Shown: positions 16,770 through 23,558 of the stretch, in pieces
How positions within the stretch are numbered: position 1 is the first letter of the stretch
How the letters are laid out: every line of letters begins with the position of its first letter
Assembly (NCBI RefSeq): GCF_035285525.1
Contig: NZ_JAYKGW010000174.1
Span: 1 to 32,000, forward strand
Origin: Okeania sp.
GTDB lineage: Bacteria; Cyanobacteriota; Cyanobacteriia; Cyanobacteriales; Microcoleaceae
DNA: 32,000 nt
Reading direction: 5' to 3'
Notes under the pieces: model-generated
What the model saw: the letters and a program-made list of their open reading frames with translations, nothing else
Databases searched by the model: none
Told to the model about the DNA's origin: nothing
Program-made: the position numbers and the translations under genes

Positions 16770-17432
16770 TATTACCCATTATCAGTACGTTTAAAACGAC
16801 TTTTGACTCTAAATGATGCTTTCGATAAAATCATAAAATCTTCAGAAGATGTAGAAGTTGACACACCAAAAAAATCTGAATTTTTCTGCTTTAGGTATAC
16901 CTGAAGATTCTAGTTTCTTTACCTTTGCTGAAGCACAATAAATTTTCACTGGAATTAAAACAGGAATCTACCAAGATACGCAAGTTAATCAAAAACTAAA
17001 AATATTCCTTGAAGATAGTATAAATTACAATTCGGAGACCACAAAAATAGCTTTACAGGCGATCGCTCCATAACGAACTTTAGTTTTATAGACTACTAAG
17101 TTGACACCTCAACAACTAGCTCAAAAAGTTACTAAATATACTTTTTTTAGGGAACAGGGAACAGGTCAGAGTTTCAAAAGTTTTATTTACTTTTTGATTT
17201 TTCACAATCTATTTAGGATTGCTATAGTCTTTAGAGGATTAGTTTCTCAACTCTTACTAAGAAATAGCATAGAACGGCTTTAAGTAGGGCAAGCGGGATG
17301 GAAATCTAAAAAATTTGACATATAAAGCCTTTTTAGGTGCGGAAAAAGTCCAACTTTTTGGGTAGCTCTGGTACGGTTCCCGAAAAATCAAAAAGCTCGT
17401 ATTTTGGGGAAGAGTTGGGTAACAGAATTACT

Positions 17433-17482
17433 CCCCATCGCCCTATCACCCCATCACCCCATCACCCCATCTCCCCATCTCC
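17433..17482. repeat. heptameric STRR tract (CCCCATC/ACCCCAT units)
   Basis: ccccatcgccctatcaccccatcaccccatcaccccatctccccatctcc. The reverse complement of the same unit is at 2762-2783. Confidence 0.85.
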
Positions 17483-17639
17483 TTAAAAATACTTTTGAGC
17501 GCCAACCCTAAGTATTTTTACTTCTTCTTTATTTTTCCTATTTTTGAGTTTTAATTTTTCATTAAAGATTACTTAATTATGAGAATATTTAAAATATCTT
17601 AAATTATCTTAATAGACAGAATTTTAGTAACAATAAATT

Positions 17640-17653
17640 GTAATTAATCATAC
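17640..17653 (+). promoter_or_regulatory. NtcA-box-like palindrome GTA-N8-TAC upstream of the homocitrate synthase gene
   Basis: The site is gtaattaatcatac. -10-like hexamers follow: tataat at 17667-17672 (13-nt gap, too short for a class II NtcA promoter) and tatata at 17678-17683 (24-nt gap, near the canonical 22). GTAN8TAC is expected by chance several times in 32 kb of AT-rich DNA. Confidence 0.2.
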
Positions 17654-17713
17654 TAAAAATAACTCTTATAATATGTTTATATAAAACTATACAATAATAA
17701 CTCAACTGAAACA

Positions 17714-18859
17714 ATGTTATTAAGTAAACTAGCGATCGTTGACACTACCCTCCGAGAAGGGGAACAATTTTTTAAGTCCAATTTTTCTACAGGAGATAAA
17801 GTTGAAATTGCTAGAGCGTTAGAGCAATTTGGAGTAGAATATATTGAAGTAACATCTCCAACTGCTTCTCCTCAATCCTATCAAGATTGTAATAACTTAG
17901 CTAAATTAGGTTTACAAACTAAAGTTATCACCCATATTCGGTGTCATCTTGAAGATGCAAAAATAGCTTTAGAAACAGGGGTAGATGGTATTAATCTATT
18001 TATGGGTACATCTAAATTTTTACGTCAATTTAGTCATGGTAAAAGTATTGATGAAATCATTGATAAAGCGACAGAAGTTATTACTTTTATTCATCAACAA
18101 AATCCCCAAATAGAATTGCGCTTTTCTACAGAAGATTCTTTTCGTAGTTCCCTGTCAGATTTACTGGGAGTTTATTCAGCAATTAATCAATTAGGAATAG
18201 TACATCGTTTTGGAGTAGCTGACACTGTAGGTATAGCGACTCCCGACCAAGTTTATCAATTAATTCAACAGATGAGACAATGTTTTTCTGAAGATATAGA
18301 ATTTCATGCTCATAATGATACAGGTTGTGCCATTGCTAATAGTTTTAGTGCTTTTCAAGCAGGAGCAACTCATATTGATACAACTGTTTTAGGTATTGGG
18401 GAACGTAATGGTATTACTCCTTTAGCTGGATTGATTGCTCGTCTTTATACTCTTGATTCAGAAACTTTAAAGCAAAAATATTCTCTATCTTATCTTCATA
18501 AATTAAATCAATTAGTAGCCGAAAAAATCGGGCTTTCTATTCCCTTCAATCATTGTATTGTTGGGGAAGCTGCTTTTAATCATAAAGCAGGAGTTCATAC
18601 TAAGGCAGTTCTGAATAATTCTCAAACTTATGAAGCAATAAATCCTAATGATTTTAATTTGAATAGATCGATTTTAATTAATCATAAACTGGCAGGTAAA
18701 AATAGTATTGCACATCGTGCTAATGAACTAGGTCTCAATCTTGAAACTTTTCACATTCAAGCTATTACTCAGAAAATTAAAACTTTGGCAGAGAAAGAGA
18801 ATATTACTGTAGACAATGTGGATGAAATTTTATATTCTTACCATCAAAGTATTAGTTAA
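17714..18859 (+). CDS. homocitrate synthase (short DRE-TIM metallolyase without LeuA regulatory domain)
   Basis: 381 aa with motifs TTLREGEQF, GTSKFLRQFSHGK, RFSTEDSFRS, EFHAHNDTGCAIAN, LGIGERNGITPL and FNHKAGVHTKA. The length and the absence of a C-terminal LeuA-dimer domain fit NifV/LYS20-type homocitrate synthase rather than isopropylmalate synthase. Confidence 0.85.
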   Translation: MLLSKLAIVDTTLREGEQFFKSNFSTGDKVEIARALEQFGVEYIEVTSPTASPQSYQDCNNLAKLGLQTKVITHIRCHLEDAKIALETGVDGINLFMGTSKFLRQFSHGKSIDEIIDKATEVITFIHQQNPQIELRFSTEDSFRSSLSDLLGVYSAINQLGIVHRFGVADTVGIATPDQVYQLIQQMRQCFSEDIEFHAHNDTGCAIANSFSAFQAGATHIDTTVLGIGERNGITPLAGLIARLYTLDSETLKQKYSLSYLHKLNQLVAEKIGLSIPFNHCIVGEAAFNHKAGVHTKAVLNNSQTYEAINPNDFNLNRSILINHKLAGKNSIAHRANELGLNLETFHIQAITQKIKTLAEKENITVDNVDEILYSYHQSIS

Positions 18860-19044
18860 CAATTAATAATTAATAATCAATAATTAATAATGACCTCTTC
18901 TGATAAATAAGAGGATTTGCAAAAATGATTTTTTTAGTTTAAATCCTTTGACAGTAATAAATTTTTGTCTCAGTTTAAACTAAAATAACTATACCTATTC
19001 TTATCAAGAATAAGATTGGCTAAAAAGAATTTTTTTCTTTCTAT

Positions 19045-19120
19045 TGGTCGATTGAATATGGCGTTAATAAAGTGGCTCTGCAAGAGCGGAAAACCTTGCC
19101 ATCTATCGACCACTTTTTCT
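19045..19120 (+). terminator. long imperfect hairpin followed by a T-run (candidate terminator or small structured RNA)
   Basis: tggtcgat (19045-19052) pairs with atcgacca (19105-19112), with inner pairs atggc/gccat. There is an internal gctc-tgcaa-gagc hairpin, then ctttttct (19113-19120). The segment is locally GC-richer than its surroundings and matches no repeat family in the window. Confidence 0.3.
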
Positions 19121-19602
19121 CGATAAATGGAAAGATTTTATACCTTAATTTTTCGTTAATTGCTATATAAAATTTTTATTTCAAAATGCAGAAACTGAGT
19201 TTTATTAAAAAGGGAATAGAGATATAGTAAGGAAGAGAAAACAGCATTAAATAATAGATTTCCACAAGAATTAGTCGGTACTCAAGACAATAATTTATAT
19301 TATAAAAAAACTTAATTTAGATTGACATTTCATTTACAAATGTGTCAGTATTTCCTAGGTCATGCTGCGCAAACAGCCGTCAGCTATGAGCTAGTTTCCT
19401 GGGGCATAACTGTGCTTTTTCCTATAGGAAATGCTACGCAAACATCCCGTGTAGCAAAACAACTTCATTACCTTATAGAGCAATAATATGATATAATTCA
19501 AACAAATTCTTACTTCATTAATTGAAAAGCTCAGATCTGAAAGCTGAATACTAATAGCTAAATACTTACAAAAATGCTATACTATCTTTTAGTAAATTCT
19601 GA

Positions 19603-19681
19603 AGGACTTACGCAAAGGTACTATATATAAACTACTGCGCAATAGTTTATATCTATATCTAGGGTCGCTGCGTAAGTCCTG
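19603..19681. mobile_element. T-family MITE-like element (complete copy)
   Basis: aggacttacgcaaaggtactatatataaactactgcgcaatagtttatatctatatctagggtcgctgcgtaagtcctg has perfect inverted termini aggacttacgca/tgcgtaagtcct. Confidence 0.8.
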
Positions 19682-19915
19682 TTCTGTTAATAACTAAAAC
19701 ATAAGCATTTTCTGCGGAATGCTGCGGAAACAGCAGTCAGCCATCAGCTCATAGCTTCATTACTTTTAGTTGATAACTAGAGCTAGTCGCTATTGTGCTT
19801 CAATTCTCTAATTAAAAATATAATAGTATAAGTTAAGCAAATTTTTGCTTTATTAATTAAAATGCTGATAGCTAATAGCTGAATGCTTACACTAAAACTA
19901 AGGTAGTAATTAAAA

Positions 19916-20518
19916 ATGCAAGTAAAAAATGCAGAAACAGAAGTAGAATCTAACTCTAACTTAATGAGGGAAGATTTAGATAAATCCTTAAAAAGGAGTC
20001 ATATAGAACCATCAAGTCTTAGCACTTTTCAAAGGATTTTGTTAACAACAGATGGAACAGTTACAGAAATATTAGAAGCCTACAGTTTAGAAAATATTAA
20101 TGTCGTAAAATTATCAGAAGAATTAGTTTCGACCATCACAGAAATTCCGGTATTAAATTTATCGAAAGGAACTAAAGTAATAGAAAGGAAAATATTTTTG
20201 CAAGGAAAAATTAGTCGCAAAAATTACCTTTATGCAGAATCAATTATTGTGCCAGAAAGACTTGATGAAAAATTTCAAGATGCTTTACTAAAATCAGAGA
20301 CTCCCATTGGTAAACTTTGGCTGCAATATAGAGTTGAAACTTTTAAAGAAATAGTTGATACTGGTAAAGAATCTATAGGTAAATTAGCAGATTATTTTCT
20401 AGTAGAAAAAGAAGACAAAATGTTGTTTAGAACCTATCGCGTTTTTAATAACCGCCAACCTGTGATGATGATTACAGAAAAATTTCCAGAAAAGTTATTT
20501 CTTAATTTTGTAGGATAA
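19916..20518 (+). CDS. chorismate pyruvate-lyase (UbiC/DUF98, UTRA-fold) family protein
   Basis: 200 aa. FQRILLTTDGTVTEILEAY, IERKIFLQG...YLYAESII, ETPIGKLW and RTYRVFNNRQPVMMITEKFP follow the chorismate-lyase-like family pattern. The start may be the internal MREDLDK. Confidence 0.65.
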   Translation: MQVKNAETEVESNSNLMREDLDKSLKRSHIEPSSLSTFQRILLTTDGTVTEILEAYSLENINVVKLSEELVSTITEIPVLNLSKGTKVIERKIFLQGKISRKNYLYAESIIVPERLDEKFQDALLKSETPIGKLWLQYRVETFKEIVDTGKESIGKLADYFLVEKEDKMLFRTYRVFNNRQPVMMITEKFPEKLFLNFVG

Positions 20519-20540
20519 CATGAAAATTGCATAAGCTAAG

Positions 20541-20924
20541 ATTCATTAATCGATAATGGATAATTACCTCTCACTTTTAGGGAGAGGATTCGCTAAAAGG
20601 AAAGGATTTATTTTTTTCCCCTTAAAAAAAAGGGAGGCTTCAAGGGGCGAATTATTTAATTAGGGTTTGGTGAATTAAGTCTTCTTGTTGGGGTAGGAAG
20701 TAGTTAAGAGTAAGTATTTAGTAGAGTTATAGAAGAATTAGTTGAAAAAATAGTTTCTTAATTTTTCTGTCCTAGTTAATGTAAAATCCTAAGTTTTTCA
20801 ACCCTCACCACCTAAAAACTTGCACTTTTTCCGACCCTAAAAAGACTGAAATCTTTATCCATGAAGACTTTTATATTTAATCAGCAAGCCCTAATTATTT
20901 AATTGTTTAATTATTAATTATTTC
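20541..20924. mobile_element. composite: P-family MITE carrying a nested S-family insertion
   Basis: The P sequence (attcattaatcgataatggataattacctctcacttttagggagagg...ggcttcaaggggcgaattatttaat) is interrupted at 20661. It resumes at 20894 (attatttaattgtttaattattaattatttc). The uninterrupted P copy at 15941-16104 serves as the empty-site reference. Confidence 0.75.
20661..20893. mobile_element. S-family MITE (complete, 233 bp) with inverted termini tagggtttggtgaattaa / ttaatcagcaagcccta
   Basis: The termini are imperfect reverse complements. The interior has the family core (ggggtaggaagtagttaag...cttaatttttctgtcctagttaatg...). The flanks are aat|ta...ta|att, compatible with a TA target duplication. 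Confidence 0.75.
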
Positions 20925-21211
20925 AGTAAGTATTCAGTTATTAGCCATCATTTCTTAGCAAGAATATCGTGTCCGGTTGAGTAGTTATCATTAGGAACAA
21001 GAGATATTTATTCCATCCCTGGTAAGCCCATAAACCCGGTACGAGGGTAGATATTTATTGTCAAGAAAAATGATTTTTTTACCCTAGAAACCTGGTTGAT
21101 TGGCATCAGTTATAATAATATTAAGAGCCTGTTTTTTGAATAAGGTTTAACTTTTGCTTTATGAAGTAAAAGCTGATTCCTAATAGCTGAATGCTTAAAG
21201 CTTAATACTTA

Positions 21212-22102
21212 TTAATCTCCTAACCAAGCAGAAAGATCTCTTTGAATCAAATCTTGTAGTTTAAGAATATCTTCACGGTAGAAATCACTTAATATTTTAC
21301 GCTCCTCTGAAGAAAGAGGTTTAAGTTCTTTTCCACCTGAATTTAAGTTAATTAAACCAGAGCGTAATTTTTGTCGCATTTCTAAAGGTATTACCACCTT
21401 TAAAACAGATGAAACTACTCCTCTTATAGGATTTTTAGTTTTGATTAAATTATTTAGAGATTGATTCTTAGGAACTGCGGCAACTTGTTGACGCTTAGAA
21501 GTATCTGGACTAAAATTACTATCTACTCCAATAAATTGATACATATCCTGCATCATTTCCAAAGCATCTTTAGATAAGTCATCATAGAGATAAATTTTTA
21601 GTCTTTCTTTGCCAAAAGTATCAAAATAATACTTGACTGGAGTAGAGTAAAGTCCTTTTTTAAGAGTGAAAGAAGTATCAGCACGAAATTTAACTTGTTC
21701 GGTTAAAGAACGAACTTTTTCTACATTTATTGAATCACGAAGGTGCATTAAATAATCAGAATAAGCTCTATCTACTGGATTTCTAAGTATAGCTATCATT
21801 TTGACATCAGGAACATATTTAATAATTCTTTCAGATGAAGATTGGTAATGAAAAAGATAATTTGGAGATACTTCACCAATAGGAATTTCATCCTGAACAT
21901 CGTTAAAAAGATTGCAGTATTTTTCCCAAGTATCAATTCTTTTTGGATTTGGTTTCCCTTGAAAATTTTCCCAATCTCTTTCTAGAAAGTTTGTTTCTTT
22001 GACGGGACTCATATAAACTTGGGGATGTTGGTTTAAATATTGATATATTGATGTAGTTCCTGATTTCTCTATTCCGACAACTAAAAAAGTTGGTAACTTC
22101 AT
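21212..22102 (-). CDS. PAPS-dependent sulfotransferase (Sulfotransfer_1-like)
   Basis: 296 aa. The 5-prime-PSB loop is FLVVGIEKSGTTSIYQYL. The 3-prime-PB region is KMIAILRNPVDRAYSDY. Confidence 0.88.
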   Translation of the reverse strand: MKLPTFLVVGIEKSGTTSIYQYLNQHPQVYMSPVKETNFLERDWENFQGKPNPKRIDTWEKYCNLFNDVQDEIPIGEVSPNYLFHYQSSSERIIKYVPDVKMIAILRNPVDRAYSDYLMHLRDSINVEKVRSLTEQVKFRADTSFTLKKGLYSTPVKYYFDTFGKERLKIYLYDDLSKDALEMMQDMYQFIGVDSNFSPDTSKRQQVAAVPKNQSLNNLIKTKNPIRGVVSSVLKVVIPLEMRQKLRSGLINLNSGGKELKPLSSEERKILSDFYREDILKLQDLIQRDLSAWLGD

Positions 22103-22204
22103 TATTTTTCTCCTAATTTATTAAAAAAAGCTTAGACTTAACAAGTAATACTTGTTTGTGTAGCATTCCGAAGTAAATTCTTACCTTAACAATGGATAAT
22201 TAGA

Positions 22205-22643
22205 GGTAGTTTTCATATAAGAATTCAGCCATTAGCTATTAGCTGATCAGCTATTGTTGCTGAATGCTAAAAGCTAGTTAAAAAAGAATTAAATTTTACT
22301 ACAAATTCCTTTAGCTTAAAGTCTATATTCATTTAAACCCTATCCTTAAAAGGTAAGCATTTAGCAATTAGCTATCAGCTATTTTTTTGTTTTAGATGTA
22401 AATCCGATCTTTAAGACTATATTTATAAACATTTCTCTTAATATAAAACTTGATAATGGATAGCTTTAAAAATAGAGTCTTGTTGCTGATAGTTAATAGC
22501 TGAATATTTACCTTAAAACTAACATCTTAATTGCTGAAAGCTGTCTGCTATATAGATGAATGCTTACATTTTCATTATTCATTATTCATGATCCATTATT
22601 TATGATCTATTATTCATTATCCATTATTCATTATCCATTATTT
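22205..22643. repeat. cluster of L-family half-sites plus a heptameric CATTATT/CATTATC tract
   Basis: L half-sites include attcagccattagctattagctgatcagctattgttgctgaatgct (about 22222-22268), aagcatttagcaattagctatcagc (about 22358), ttgctgatagttaatagctgaat (about 22483) and ttgctgaaagctgtctgcta...gaatgcttac (about 22535). The tract cattattcattattcatgatccattatttatgatctattattcattatccattattcattatccattatt (about 22573-22643) ends at the stop of the next gene. Confidence 0.65.
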
Positions 22644-23258
22644 TTAGATTTCCTGAGCTGATTTATTTCTCTCCTGCTTAAGTTTCTTTTCAATTTTTTT
22701 GATTAGAGGTTTTGACTTTAAGAGAAAACCTGTAGGTTCATCATCATTTTCTTCTAGATATAATTCTGAACTTTCAGTTGGAAATTTCTCTGTTTGTTCT
22801 TGCATATTCTTGTATAAATTTAGCAAAATATCTGATTGTGCTAATAGTAAATCATGTAAATTTATCAATCTCAAACTGCCATTAGATAAAACTATAATTA
22901 GAGGTTCATAAATATACTTTTTCGGCCTATTCAGTGCCGTAATAGCTGCCGCATTAATTTGAAAATTTTCCGAAAGAACTAGAGGAGGAGTGCTGAGAAA
23001 ATCTAATAATTTATAAATAGGACATCTATAATAAAGTTTTTTCTTTTCAGGTAATTTCATATATTCCAGAAATCTAATTTGGGAAATCATACCCAACATT
23101 TGGGTACTTTGAGTAGTAATAATAACTCCCGGTAATTCTGGTTGTAGTCTAAATTGTTTAGCTACTATTTCTCCTAAAGTAGCAGAATTAACTTGGAAAT
23201 CGTGAGAAGGCAAGTTTCCAATAGTAGAATTGAGTTTAAGTTGTGTTAGGTTAATCAT
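22644..23258 (-). CDS. hypothetical protein (possible CBS-pair-like sensory fold with K/E-rich tail), divergent from cikA
   Basis: This 204-aa ORF has non-repetitive, protein-like composition. The pattern ...ATLGEIVAKQF...LPGVIITTQ..MLGMISQIRFLEYM...PIYKLLD...PLVLSENFQINAAAITALNR...PLIIVLSNGSLRLINLHDLLLAQ resembles N-terminal modules of cyanobacterial signalling proteins. I have no firm family assignment. Confidence 0.55.
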   Translation of the reverse strand: MINLTQLKLNSTIGNLPSHDFQVNSATLGEIVAKQFRLQPELPGVIITTQSTQMLGMISQIRFLEYMKLPEKKKLYYRCPIYKLLDFLSTPPLVLSENFQINAAAITALNRPKKYIYEPLIIVLSNGSLRLINLHDLLLAQSDILLNLYKNMQEQTEKFPTESSELYLEENDDEPTGFLLKSKPLIKKIEKKLKQERNKSAQEI

Positions 23259-23558
23259 TAAAATTAATCAGGAACAGGCTGTAAAAAACAGTAAGCATTT
23301 CCTGCGGAATGCTGCGCAAATAACTATTAGCTATTTGCTCTCAGCAAGAAAAATGAACGATGTAAAATAGACTATCAAGATTAAGTGATGGACCTTTAGC
23401 CATACTTTTAAGTCTGAGAGATATCTATTGCTTTTTCTTCTAATACTTTTGGTATAGCAGTTGTTACCACTGTTAAGACATCCTCCAATTTTCTATAGTT
23501 ACAGCAAGATTTTAACTTTTTAATTCTGACTTCAGCTATACTTTTCCGGAATATTATT

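Larger units (their letters stand above)
15803..17073 (+). pseudogene. P-loop NTPase/kinase-like gene interrupted by three MITEs plus stops and frameshifts
   Basis: MIQTITKFHQNFQQLQPRIGIGVPSEKGWVSTINEHLIIIVGLTGV is followed by the P-family MITE, then GKTTIINTLTQSGLNFTLLPNQRTLTTELIIPYIASLN and TGA (16219-16221). After a shift it reads RLERFKYTHQYQKQFPGEMGHILTQLQVNYHTIIA, followed by the G-family MITE. It continues YPLIFDDLRGENEVTYAAKTLKKAKFVIFDAPLF, followed by the L-family MITE. It then reads YYPLSVRLKRLLTLNDAFDKIIKSSEDVEVDTPKK... with further shifts, ending at the TAA at 17071-17073. Confidence 0.7.

Noticed and set aside
17101-17283. 60-aa ORF downstream of the P-loop pseudogene
   Set aside because: It is at the minimum length, starts at a non-ATG codon, includes the repeat-like tract agggaacagggaacagg, and has no motif.
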